The position numbers were made by a program, and so were the translations under genes. From an uncultured Verrucomicrobiae bacterium (GTDB lineage Bacteria; Verrucomicrobiota; Verrucomicrobiia; Chthoniobacterales; Xiphinematobacteraceae), in assembly GCA_963706715.1 (NCBI GenBank), contig CAVPNI010000003.1:512001-576000 (forward strand): a stretch of DNA of 64,000 bases, given 5' to 3'. This document shows, piece by piece, positions 41,507 to 52,427 of this stretch (positions within the stretch are counted from its first letter, which is position 1; each line of letters starts with the position of its first letter). The notes below the pieces were generated by a model. The model had not been told where the DNA came from. It saw only the letters and a list, made by a program, of their open reading frames with translations, and did no database searches.

Positions 41507-43000
41507 ATGAACCGGGAGATTTGTCGGAAATTTATTCACATTCGCAGTTGCAATCCCGCATGGACGCTCCTCGCCTCCCGGCGAGCACCGCTCGTGCTGG
41601 GCTGCTTGATCCCGCTATTTGAGGATAGCGTAGGCGAGATAGCTTGGGAAGATGCGATTCAAAGGCTGGCGGAAATGTTTGCGGAGCATGCAAACGCTGA
41701 GGAATTTGAACTGCCGGACTGCGATTTTGCACAGGTGGCTCGACGAGAGCTTCGCGATTGGCTGCGATGCGGCTTGGTTGTTGAACGAAATGGCATCCTT
41801 CTCGCCACCGATTCCCTACAGAAGGCATTCAATTTCGTAAACGGCCTTGACGAGGACTCAATGACGTCAACTGCCTCCCGGTTATCAACAGTCCAGCGTG
41901 AGATTGAAAATCTGGAAGCAAAGTTGAATCCGGAACGTACTGGGCGAATTACTCACCTGAAAAAGCACATTGCCGCCCTTCAAAGGGAATTAGATCAAGT
42001 CGAGCATGGCAACTTTGAGGTGCTCTCCGGAGCTCGAGCCCGAGAAGGAATCAGAGAAGTCTACCAGCTTGCAATCAGTCTTCGCTCAGACTTCCGCAGA
42101 GTAGAAGACTCATACCGTGAAGCGGACCGGTTACTCCGTCAGGAAATCATTCGGAGCAATCAGAATCGAGGTTATGTCTTGGATCGAATGCTCGACGGCC
42201 ATGATGAATTACTACGCACTCCGGAGGGACAGGTCTTCGATGTTTTTTACGAGCAGCTTTCACTGGCGGTTGAACTCGACCAAATGATGGCACAGCTACG
42301 AGCCATTCTCGCGAATCCTGCGGCCGCTGAAGCACTTTCCGGAAAGCAAATTGCAGACCTTAGTAGGCTAGTACCAAACTTGGTTCGCGAATCACAACGA
42401 GTGATTGAGGCGCGTGCCCGCGGAGAGAGCGATGTCCGGAGATTCATCAAAGCAGGTTTAGCTAACGAACATCACCGGGTCGGCACTCTGCTGAACGACA
42501 TCCAGGAAGCAGCTACGATGGTGGATTGGTCTCAAGCTTCATTTCGCCGATCAGCCGCACCTTTACCTCCGATGGCTATTTCGATACCATCACTTCCGGT
42601 CATTCAACGGCTTCGATTCAAGGATGGACTGACTCCTAAACCAGGTGAGATCGACCTTACGGAATCGGAAGCTTCAATGGACGCCCTAAATGAAGATTTC
42701 TGGAAAGCATTCTACTGCTTAGACCGCCAAAAGCTTTTTGAAGACACAATAGAAATTCTGAAAACAGTGGGAAAAAATCTATCAGTTGGAGAGCTCGCCT
42801 CGATACTTGCACCATCGCACGACCTGGAATCGCTGGCCTACTGGCTTAGTATGGCAAGAGAGGCCAAGGTGATTTTCGGAGGAGAACGTGAGGTTGTGGA
42901 CCTCCCTTCCGACACTGAAGAAAATACACGGTTCAATATTCCGCTCGTATTCATGAATGCGGATAGGGTTGCACAAGTGACACCGGAGGCGCTGGGTTAA
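41507..43000 (+). CDS. jetA: Wadjet JetA (DUF3375-like)
   Basis: NPAW.LL, TASRL, DFRRVE, TPEGQVF; first gene of a four-gene SMC operon. Confidence 0.9.
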   Translation: MNREICRKFIHIRSCNPAWTLLASRRAPLVLGCLIPLFEDSVGEIAWEDAIQRLAEMFAEHANAEEFELPDCDFAQVARRELRDWLRCGLVVERNGILLATDSLQKAFNFVNGLDEDSMTSTASRLSTVQREIENLEAKLNPERTGRITHLKKHIAALQRELDQVEHGNFEVLSGARAREGIREVYQLAISLRSDFRRVEDSYREADRLLRQEIIRSNQNRGYVLDRMLDGHDELLRTPEGQVFDVFYEQLSLAVELDQMMAQLRAILANPAAAEALSGKQIADLSRLVPNLVRESQRVIEARARGESDVRRFIKAGLANEHHRVGTLLNDIQEAATMVDWSQASFRRSAAPLPPMAISIPSLPVIQRLRFKDGLTPKPGEIDLTESEASMDALNEDFWKAFYCLDRQKLFEDTIEILKTVGKNLSVGELASILAPSHDLESLAYWLSMAREAKVIFGGEREVVDLPSDTEENTRFNIPLVFMNADRVAQVTPEALG

Positions 43001-43629
43001 TGGAGCCGGCTATCTCTGGCACTGACGAAGCGCCTCGGACTCGGCAGGAGGTTCGGCAGGTAGTGCAAGAACTCTTGCGCTGGGGATACGTCGAGAACGC
43101 TGCGAAACCCGGGATATTCGCTGCGGCGCTTCGGTTGCGGACGGATGTCAAATTGGCTCTTGAGCCGCTCGATCTCATATTGCGGATGGACGAAATCCGC
43201 GGTTTGGCGATTTTGGTCGTGGAGGAATCCTCTTTGAGCGACTCAGAGGAAGGTTGGGGCCATCCTCTCATTCGCCGACAGCGCCTCACGCTAGAACAGT
43301 CTCTTCTTGTGGCACTCTTTCGTCAAATCTATCTGATCCACGAGCAGGAAAGCGGTATCGGCTTGGGACGGTGTAAAGTGCCGCTCGAAGACTTGCTGGC
43401 CCAGATTAACGGGTTTCTTGGAGATTCCGGAAGCGATGCCAAAAATGAACAACGGCTTCTGACTCTTATTGATCAACTCAAGCCCCACGGAATTGTGTCC
43501 GAACCAGACACAAACCGCGAAGTTACGGTTCGCCCACTAATTGCACACCTCGCAAATCCGGAGTCACTAACAGCTCTGCTAAATCGGTTCCGAGAGGCTG
43601 CGGCAGCCAAGGAAGCTCTGAATGATTGA
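43000..43629 (+). CDS. jetB: Wadjet JetB (DUF4194-like)
   Basis: LIRRQRLTLEQSLL; operon position. Confidence 0.88.
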   Translation: MEPAISGTDEAPRTRQEVRQVVQELLRWGYVENAAKPGIFAAALRLRTDVKLALEPLDLILRMDEIRGLAILVVEESSLSDSEEGWGHPLIRRQRLTLEQSLLVALFRQIYLIHEQESGIGLGRCKVPLEDLLAQINGFLGDSGSDAKNEQRLLTLIDQLKPHGIVSEPDTNREVTVRPLIAHLANPESLTALLNRFREAAAAKEALND

Positions 43630-46600
43630 GTCCGAGTTCGAATTTGCCAACGAAATCGACGTTCAAACGAATGTCGAACCGGTATACATGCTCGCTGAGT
43701 TGGAAGTTTGCAACTGGGGGCCATTTTCTGGAAAACACCGTTGCTCAATTGATCCCGAAGGCTCCGCTATTATTGGTCCGACAGGCAGCGGTAAGACCAC
43801 GCTCATCGACGCGTTGATGACGTTGCTAGCGCCCTATCCAAAATACAATCTTGCTTCCACCGGGGGTCACGAGAGCGACCGGGATCTCATCTCATACGTC
43901 CGAGGAGTTTCCGGAGTTGAGAGCACACAGGGAGAGAAGGACCATGTTGCCCGGCCGGGCAATACTATAACCGGACTTGCCGCCTCGTATAAGGATGGCT
44001 CTAGTCGAGTGACTCTCGGAGCACTTCTTTGGGTTGAAGACAGCAGTAATGCAGCCGATGACTTGAAGAAAATATGGTTCTTCGCCAAAGACCACGCGAA
44101 CACACTCGACAATTTGCTTTCGCTCCACAATGCAAGCGGACGTCGAGCCATCTTGCAACATGCGCGAGAAACCGTCGGGTTGCGTCTCTTCTCCAGTAAG
44201 CGTGAATATCTTGCACAGGTTCGAAGCTTTTTTGAAGTGAGTGAAAATGCCTTCTTGCTTCTGAATCGAGCGGCGGGCCTTAAACAACTTAACAGTATCA
44301 ACCAGATCTTTCGAGAACTCGTGCTGGATGACAGCTCGATGTTCGATCGGGCGCTTGCAGTAGCTGCCGAATTTGATACCTTGCAAGGAATCTATGCTGA
44401 GTTAGAAACAGCTCGTCGGCAACAAAATTCTCTTCTCCCAATTGAAATCCAGCAGGTTGCTCTCGAACGTGTAATCGAAGTAATATCGCGAAGACAAAGG
44501 CTGCGGGTATTACTGCCAAACTATTTTGCCGATGCAGCCGTGAGGCTATGGGCAGCGGAACTCCATCGTCTCAAAGAAACGATGGAGAGCATCCAGCGCC
44601 GGATCATAGCAAAGGAGACGGAAATTGCGGAAAAGCAGAAGCACATAGAGGCTCTTCAGCAACGCTATTTGCAACTTGGGGGTGCTGCCGTGCAGGAGCT
44701 TGAAGGTAGCATTTCCGTTCTTAAGGAGCGATGCGAGACGACCCGTAGCCACGCGCTGAATTACAAACAATTCATCGGTCGTTTCGGTCTTCCCGACGAT
44801 CTCACGGAAACTGTTTTTCGGAATAACCTTGTGCAACTCCGCTCCGATCGGGAAGCGGCACAACAGGAACTAGAGACTGTCCGCGACGAAACTACTGCCG
44901 CCGATAGTCAGGTGAGGCAGCACGAGACTGACCTTGCTTCCCTCAAAGTTGAAATCAATGAAGTCAAGAATCGACCTCATTCCAATATTCCGACACCGCA
45001 GCAGACATTTAGAGAGGCTCTTGCCGATCACCTCAACGTGCCTTCCGAGCAAATTCCATTTGTTGCTGAGCTAGTCGAAGTCAAACCTGAGGAAAATCGA
45101 TGGCGAGGTGCTATCGAACGTGCCGTAGGACCAGAGCGGCTGCGCATTTTAGTGTCGACGTCGCACATGGAACAGGCCTTGGCGTGGATCAACCACCGAG
45201 ACAACCGCCTCCACGTGCGATTGCAACAAGCAGACGAATCGCATGAAATCCCTCATCCATTCGATGATGGATTCTACCGAAAGCTCCATTTTAAGAAGCA
45301 CGTGATGGAAGGGAATGTGCGAGTCTTGATTGCCAAGCGAGATCGTCATTGTGTCGAAACGACTGAGGAGCTTCGTCGCATTGATCATGCAGTGACTCCT
45401 GAAGGAACAATTTCCGACCGCGGAGGACGATTTGAAAAACAAGATCAGCGTTCCCTCTCAGAAGGTTGGATGACCGGCTTTGACAATACTTATCAACTCA
45501 AAGAGCTAACAACGCGCCTGTCCGGGCTCGAAGTTAAACTGGGGCTTCTTAAGGAGAAGCGAAAAACAGCTCGGACTAAAGAAGAAGGACTGCGTCAACT
45601 TCTAACGATCCGAGATCAATTATTGGGATTGGAGTTTAAGCTTATTGACTTGCCTAAAACCGAGCGGGAATTAACTGCGGCACGTGACCGCCTGAACGCA
45701 TTGACTCGACCGGATTCCGAAACCGTTGTTGCAAAGCATGACTTCGAAGCAGCACGGAATATTCAGAATGATCTTAGGCAAGAAGAGGGAAACTTGCGCG
45801 AATCGTTGGGGGCCAGCCGAGAGGCCATGGAAACCGCTGAGGCAGAACATAAAGCTGCCCAGCAACGCCAGAACGAAGGTATTTCTCAAGAAGAAGTCGC
45901 CCTTGCCGCAAAATTTTTCCGCATTCCTCAAACAGCAACAGCTCCCCAGATCGTAGAATTTGAACGGAATGCGGTAGAAAAAATCGATCAAAAGATCAGA
46001 CAGGCTGAAATGCAGCGAGGTGAGATCGAGCGGAGGCTCGTCCGTGAAATGGAAGCTGCTAAACGAGAAGACACGGGCGCCCTCGCAGAAACTGGAACTG
46101 AAATTCGCGACGTACCCGCCTTTTTAGAGCGTTTGAAGATTTTACGGCAGGAGGCGCTGCCGGAAAAACTCCGCAGATTTCTTGAATATCTCAATACTTC
46201 CTCCGGTCAAGGCGTTACACAACTCCTCACGAACGTTGAGCATGAAGTGGCTACAATTGAGGAACGGGTACGTGACTTGAACACCACGCTCAATCGGGTG
46301 GATTTTCATTCTGGGCGGTTTTTGCAACTTGAGCCAGTGCGGATTAGCCATGATGCCATTCGTCAACTCGACTCTGCACATAGCAAATTGCGCTTTATCG
46401 CGCTTCATGTAAATGATGACGAGGGTGAAGCTCACTACAAAGCGCTAGGCGAAGTTATCCGTATAATCCGCGAGGCCGGCGAAAACTGTCGAACACTCGC
46501 ATCACAAGCTTTACTCGATCCTCGCCATCGATTGCAGTTTTTCGTCAAGGAGATTGATCGTGCAACCGGACAATCCTATGGACGACGCACAGGCTCGCAG

Positions 46601-46948
46601 ACGGGAAGTGGCGGTGAAAAAGAAATGATGGCAAGCTATATCCTTACAGCTTCGCTGAGCTACGCTCTTTGCCCACTGAGGGCCTCAAAACCTCGATATG
46701 CCACGATTGTGCTGGATGAAGCATTTTCTAAAAGTTCACCAGCAGCCGCATCGCGTATTATCGAAGCGCTAAGAGTCTTTGGCCTTCACCCCCTCTTTGT
46801 GACACCGAACAAAGAGATTGCTTTATTGAAAGCTCATACACGGTCGGCAATTCTCGTGCATAATAAAAATCGCAGAGCCACACTGACCTCGCTCACTTGG
46901 GAGCAAATCGCGGGACATAATCGCAACAACAGTCAGGCATCTTCGTGA
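43622..46948 (+). CDS. jetC: Wadjet JetC SMC-like ATPase
   Basis: NWGPF, GPTGSGKTTLIDA, long coiled coil, SGGEKE, LDEAF. Confidence 0.92.
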   Translation: MIESEFEFANEIDVQTNVEPVYMLAELEVCNWGPFSGKHRCSIDPEGSAIIGPTGSGKTTLIDALMTLLAPYPKYNLASTGGHESDRDLISYVRGVSGVESTQGEKDHVARPGNTITGLAASYKDGSSRVTLGALLWVEDSSNAADDLKKIWFFAKDHANTLDNLLSLHNASGRRAILQHARETVGLRLFSSKREYLAQVRSFFEVSENAFLLLNRAAGLKQLNSINQIFRELVLDDSSMFDRALAVAAEFDTLQGIYAELETARRQQNSLLPIEIQQVALERVIEVISRRQRLRVLLPNYFADAAVRLWAAELHRLKETMESIQRRIIAKETEIAEKQKHIEALQQRYLQLGGAAVQELEGSISVLKERCETTRSHALNYKQFIGRFGLPDDLTETVFRNNLVQLRSDREAAQQELETVRDETTAADSQVRQHETDLASLKVEINEVKNRPHSNIPTPQQTFREALADHLNVPSEQIPFVAELVEVKPEENRWRGAIERAVGPERLRILVSTSHMEQALAWINHRDNRLHVRLQQADESHEIPHPFDDGFYRKLHFKKHVMEGNVRVLIAKRDRHCVETTEELRRIDHAVTPEGTISDRGGRFEKQDQRSLSEGWMTGFDNTYQLKELTTRLSGLEVKLGLLKEKRKTARTKEEGLRQLLTIRDQLLGLEFKLIDLPKTERELTAARDRLNALTRPDSETVVAKHDFEAARNIQNDLRQEEGNLRESLGASREAMETAEAEHKAAQQRQNEGISQEEVALAAKFFRIPQTATAPQIVEFERNAVEKIDQKIRQAEMQRGEIERRLVREMEAAKREDTGALAETGTEIRDVPAFLERLKILRQEALPEKLRRFLEYLNTSSGQGVTQLLTNVEHEVATIEERVRDLNTTLNRVDFHSGRFLQLEPVRISHDAIRQLDSAHSKLRFIALHVNDDEGEAHYKALGEVIRIIREAGENCRTLASQALLDPRHRLQFFVKEIDRATGQSYGRRTGSQTGSGGEKEMMASYILTASLSYALCPLRASKPRYATIVLDEAFSKSSPAAASRIIEALRVFGLHPLFVTPNKEIALLKAHTRSAILVHNKNRRATLTSLTWEQIAGHNRNNSQASS

Positions 46949-48186
46949 AGTCCCCTACCGAACTGGCTTCGCGCCTAGCCTTGCAATGGCACAATCCCGC
47001 CCTGCGTGAACAACGGTTGTTGGATGAATATGAATGGCCTATCCGACTTTCCATCGGACGCCCTTCTGCAGAAGTCGTCGCAAAAGGTTGGACGGGATTA
47101 ACGGAACACATCCGGAAATGGCGCGCGGTATGTAACGGTGTCGTCCGATACGAACAGATTGTATATCGTGCCACAGGAGCACCTATTGAAATTCCTGTCA
47201 CTTGGGAACTTACATGTGCAGAAGAATGGATCAAAGCAGCATCTGATGATGTCATCACATCTGAATATACTGCACTGAGTCAGATTCTGAGGGCGTGCCA
47301 CCCCATCTTCTATTCGTTCTTTACACGAAATCGTTCGCTCTGGCGAAACAAGCCGATTGGAGAAATTGTTAAAGCAGCGAAGCTCGCAGAAACGCTTGGT
47401 CCTGGCAGCGCTAAAGGTAAACCCCTCAGATCGCTTTCGATAGAGGGCATCGATACCAAGTTTTTCGAACGCCATAACTCTCTGATCTCTCGACTCCTTG
47501 ACGTACGATTCGATGGAGAAGTTGGCAAGCAGGGGCTGGAAGCATTTCTCGATGCGTGGCAAGAGTCCGATCATTGGATGCTAGTTGTAGATCTTGATGG
47601 GACGATTCTTCCTTTCGACCAACAGCGCGTCAGGAGCAAAGATCTCACCAATGCTACAATCACGCCTCAGAGAGTCCTTGTTGTCGAAAATGAAAAATGC
47701 CTTCACCTGTTGCCGAAAAAACTTCCCGGTGTCATCGTGGTTCTAGGCTGTGGAAACAGTCTTGGGTGGCTCGCAGCACCCTGGGTACAAGCATCTAAAG
47801 TTGCATATTGGGGGGACATAGATACATGGGGTCTCACTTTGCTAGCATCAGCCCGAGCGCTAGCTCCTCATTTGTCCCCAATTTTGATGACTCGCGAGAT
47901 TTTCGGACATCATCTCGCAAAAACAGTCCCTGAACCTGTTCCAGCGCGGTCTTCCCCTCCCCAATTATTAATGACACAAGAGCGTGATCTTTATTTCCAT
48001 CTTCTCACTTGTGAGAGGGGCAGGCTAGAGCAAGAGTTCCTTGCAGACGTTTGGATTGCCAACGCCATAGAAGAATGGATTCAATCGGGAAAATTCGTAG
48101 AACCAAAGACCGGAAACGCTCTCGGATTGCAGGCCCAAGAACTGTCGGCAAGAGAAAATGGCTTCCAAAATCAGCCCAGTTCCTGA
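46945..48186 (+). CDS. jetD: Wadjet JetD toprim nuclease
   Basis: GIDTKFFE, VVENE, YWGDIDTWG, RLEQE. Confidence 0.92.
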   Translation: MKSPTELASRLALQWHNPALREQRLLDEYEWPIRLSIGRPSAEVVAKGWTGLTEHIRKWRAVCNGVVRYEQIVYRATGAPIEIPVTWELTCAEEWIKAASDDVITSEYTALSQILRACHPIFYSFFTRNRSLWRNKPIGEIVKAAKLAETLGPGSAKGKPLRSLSIEGIDTKFFERHNSLISRLLDVRFDGEVGKQGLEAFLDAWQESDHWMLVVDLDGTILPFDQQRVRSKDLTNATITPQRVLVVENEKCLHLLPKKLPGVIVVLGCGNSLGWLAAPWVQASKVAYWGDIDTWGLTLLASARALAPHLSPILMTREIFGHHLAKTVPEPVPARSSPPQLLMTQERDLYFHLLTCERGRLEQEFLADVWIANAIEEWIQSGKFVEPKTGNALGLQAQELSARENGFQNQPSS

Positions 48187-48430
48187 AGCAAAAATTGCCT
48201 CCGAAATGTTTAAATGACTCTGAATTATCTCGGACTGCCTGGTCACCGCCATCTCTGCGTCTCATAAAGGCCACCATGTTGTAACACTCGATGTACATTT
48301 CTATTGCGAATCAGCCGACATAGCCCGATATAATAGAAAAAAACGCCTCCGCCCCGCTTTTCATATCCAAGAGTGTGCCATTTTACTGTAACACTTCTAC
48401 GCTGGAACACCCCGACATAGGGCGACATAG

Positions 48431-48557
48431 AAGAACGACGCTGGTCTTTTCTAGAGAGAAACGCGGGAGTCTACAGGGCTCGAGCCCGCAACCTCTGCCA
48501 TGACAGGAATGCTTTCTAAAGAGGAGTGTAACACTTTTTTAAGACACGAATGATTCA
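48431..48557. repeat. Degenerate second copy of the tRNA-Asp att region
   Basis: Direct repeat of about 35736-35862, including both flanks of the tRNA fragment. Confidence 0.85.
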
Positions 48558-48569
48558 AATATTGAGATT

Positions 48570-49000
48570 TTTGGTTTAGACGGATTTGATTTGAACAATT
48601 TTCTTCAAGTTCTTGAGCTTGCTTTTCGAAATCGGAAGGCCGTTTTTTGAAAAAAAGTCTGAAGATTTTTCAATTTCCATTGGAGTGCAAGCAATTCAGC
48701 ACATAGGGACACTTTAATAAACTCCAATCCGGAGTCATGCGAGTGAGTCCAATCAAAAATCGCTTATGATTTTCGGTCAGCCGCATAGGGATCTCCAAAC
48801 GAATCAAAGAGCGCGTTTCAGTCAGGGCGGTCAAATCCACTGCTTCTGCTGTCATTCCAACGAATTTTGAGTAGAACGTATCAATAGTTGCAACAACGTC
48901 AAAAAGATCCCTTGATGTTTGTCGATCTAGTGCCGCCAATTTACTGCCGTATAGCTCAGCCGTGGAGAGGAGCGGAAGTTTCAATTGTGCTTCAATCTTA
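48570..49000 (-). pseudogene. Internally deleted, frameshifted abiEii copy
   Basis: LKLPLLSTAELYGSKL, LTENHKRFLIGLTRMTPDWSLLKC match 36001-36825. Confidence 0.85.
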
Positions 49001-49081
49001 ACGAAAAAAATATTACACCGTAATTTATTTTCAACAAAGGTGTTGAATATTTTTTGATATGGCATTTATTTCTCTCGCGTT

Positions 49082-51287
49082 ATGGACACTTTCATCACCT
49101 ATCCGTCAAATAGTGGAAAGATACGCCATTATTTTCCTAATTATTGTTATTCTTTTGCATGCTTGGTGCTCATTTTTTTATTGAATGGTTGTTTTTTGGG
49201 AGCAGCCCGAAAAAAGGTCAAATTGAGGCAGTAATTAAAAACCATTTGCCGCCTAGTTGGAGTCTCAAATCACTGAACAAAGTGGTGTCGAACGAAATTC
49301 ATAAAAATGTATACGAAACAGGACTTACGCAAAAGCCATGGTAAGGGAAGGAAATTTGAGTTGATGAAAAAGGAAATCATCGAGGATTCCTTGTTTGACG
49401 CGGTAAAGAGTTTTTGCGCTATCTCTGGCAATATGAGCTAAACGGCCCCAGACCAAGATAGCAGAAGCGATGTGGTTACGCTGAATACGAGCCTTTCTGC
49501 ATTGGCAGCGTTCAATTCCTGTTAACTGCTTAGCCTCACGATGAAACTGCTCAATCTTCCAGCGCAAGCCGCACATCTCAAGTGTGAGCTTGGAAGAATC
49601 TTGAGTTCGGTCGTTAGTAACCACGTAGTCCGTGCGGTGTTCTGACACCTCAACCCGGAACAGTTTCACTTTGTGTTCTTTGGGGAATCCCTTGATTTTG
49701 ATTGTCTTGCCATGTGCGAGTTCTGATTGATTCCACTCTAAGGAGTCCACTCGCTGATAGGGCCGTTGAGCTGCGGAATCATCCACCAAACGGTTGTCAC
49801 TTAAGGGACAATAATAGGTTTTTCCCAGCGATTCAATGAAGAGCATCAGATCACGCTTAGCATACCAGGTATCCACCAAGACATGCCGAAAGAGCAGCTT
49901 TTTGTGATGTACAAGGTTGCTGAGCATGTCCCGTACATGATCATGTTTAGTTTTTCCGTCGCCAGCAGGATCGTAAATTCGATAGTCGATCAGCCAGTAT
50001 GCGTTGGTCCGCGGATTGACGTACACGCAGTTCACCACTCCAATGCCTTTGATCAGTCCGTGTGCGTTACCGCTATACTGGCGGCGAACCAGTTCAATCT
50101 TATGCGAAAAATTCTTGTCGATCACCGTGTCATCGAACACCACGCAGCACTCTTCATCAGGGATAATCTCTCCGCGCACGTTCTCCCATATCAGACGCGG
50201 CGTTATCTTCTCCTTACTGAGAAATCTGTTGATTGCATCGTGGCTCATGTTTTCCGTATGCTCGGCAAAATTTGTCAGCGTGTAGTTGATTGGGCTCACC
50301 AACAGGTACTGGCAATAATCAAGCAGGCTTGGGCAGCTTCTCATACCTTCTTCTCTACAATCCTTTCTCAAGCTGGACGCTACCTCTATTTTGTAGTAAT
50401 TCTTCCCACACTGTTTTTAGGCCTTTTTGCGTAAGTCCTGCGAAATTCGTTTCAAGGGGACCTTCGTTTCTAAAGATGATCTATTTGTTCTCGCAAAAGG
50501 AGAACAAGAGTACTTAAAACGGAGTATTCCAGTGCCTCGGGAACTTTCTGACTATTTCTTTACCAGTCGGAAGAAGACCTCTTTTCCGACCAAGTTTCTC
50601 AGTTTAGTTGTCACAGCTAATCAAAAATACGAAATCTATGGCACTTGTGGAGCAGAATATGTGATCGATAAATGGAAGGTGCATTTCTCAGGCTTTGACG
50701 ATGCCTCCATTCTTCTGGGGCGTCCGCGATCGGAGTACGACAAAGACTACTTAGTTATCGACTCACCAGAGGCCAAAAAAGTTTTCGCAAATTTGGTTCA
50801 ACATCAAAATGAGATCAATAAGAAAAAAAAACAATTGCTCACCAGTACGCTAGCGGGGATTCCAACTGGGACTGTATTCGAGGGCCAGGCGGTTCGGAAC
50901 CTCAGCTTTTTCGACGATACTCCCGCCATGCAAAAAATACGCATCGTTTTTGAAAACGTCTCACAAGATGGGACCATAATAGCAGTCGTATCAAATCCAG
51001 ATGACAAACGGGACCAAGCGCCCCTCGTTGGACAAATCAATACGAGTTTTTTAGAGAAAGAAGGTGATAATTCCGACGAAACGACATTTTATACGGATCA
51101 CCCTATCGAATTTACAAACAACCGAGATAAGGCTACTTGCAGAGATGATATGAAATCTTGGCAATACTATACTGCTAGTGGATTTCATTTTTGGTTCAAA
51201 ATTCAAGGGAAACAACTAGTTGGAAAGGGAGGGCTTAATTCCGATCCAAAACAACTTGCCTATGAGTTTACTCTTAAAAAGAATTAA
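49082..51287 (+). pseudogene. Putative lipoprotein gene interrupted by IS701 and a homopolymer frameshift
   Basis: LLNGC lipobox in the frame from ATG 49082; NVYE|IRFKG rejoins when the IS and one CGAAA are removed. Confidence 0.6.
49319..50440 (-). mobile_element. IS701-like element (transposase 49325-50371)
   Basis: TIR CAGGACTTACGCAAAA, CGAAA duplication; DDT, QYSGN, RWKIEQFHRE.KQ. Confidence 0.92.
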
Positions 51288-51301
51288 CATCACTTGATAC
51301 C

Positions 51302-52328
51302 TAGAGCATTTTTCATTTAAGTAGTTACAGTATTTCCATATCCTGCGTGACGAAAATAATTGGAAGATTCGTCTTTTGTGAGAGAATTTAAAATATTGGA
51401 AATGGAAGAGAGAACGGCATCGAGCGTTCTGGCGGCTGCTTTTCGAAGATGGGCTTTTAATTTGGAGAAAAATTTTTCAATTGGATTGAGATCTGGTGAA
51501 TAAGCGGGCAAAAAGAGGAGTTTTGCACCACGGGCTTCTATAATTTTTTGGACATCAATGTTTTTGTGAGAAGAAAGATTGTCCATTATGAGAACATCAC
51601 CCGGCTTAAGGATTGGCCCAAGGACCTCTTTCAAATAGGTTACAAAGGCTTCTTTGTTCATAGGACCATCAAGTACCCAGGGAGCTACCAGACCATCATG
51701 AGACAAAGTTGCAATGAAGGTGCTTGTTTTCCAATTTCCATGAGGGACTTTATCCATGCACCGCATTCCCTTTCGAGAGCGGCCATAAAGGCGAATCATT
51801 TTGGTATTGACTCCGCTTTCATCCAGAAAGAAAAGCCGATCTGTTGCCATGGTAGGTTGGTTTTCTTTCCACTCCTTTCTGGCTTGTTGTACATCTGGCC
51901 GATCTTGTTCGGTGGCCCGCAGGCTTTTTTTTTATAGGTAATGCCCCATTTTTTTAATCGATGCCATAAACTGTGGATGTCTATTAAGATTGCGTGCTCT
52001 TTCTCCAATTTTTCACTCATTTCCCGTAATGTGATTCCCGGTTGCTCTTCTACCCAGCTTCCAATCTCGGCTTCAAGATGCCCAATTCGGCTCTTGCGAT
52101 GCCCGCCCATTGGAAAACTCCCGCGTTCTCCGGTTTCTTCAGATCGTTTTTTTAACCGATGTACCCATTGGCGGCTCACTTCAAGTTTTTTGGCTATTGT
52201 CCCAGGTTTCTCTCCTCGATCTATTGCTCTCAATGCTCGTTCTCTTAAATCTTTGGAATATGCCTTCGCCATTCGTTCTTTTTAGCATACCAGGTTCAAT
52301 TGTATCTACTTAAATGTAAAATGCTCTA
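51302..52328 (-). mobile_element. IS630 family element (orfA 51796-52272, orfB 51317-51850, probable frameshift at an A-run)
   Basis: TIR TAGAGCATTTT.CATTTAAGTAG.TACA; YSKDLR, FLDES, MDNL, YSPDLNPIE. Confidence 0.92.
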
Positions 52329-52427
52329 GAGTCTGTCCGGAAGTTGTAGAACAAGCAATGGTGGGGATTTATGGGTAAAAAAATATGGGCATGAGCAGCG
52401 TAAAACACTGTCATGCCCAAAATCGAG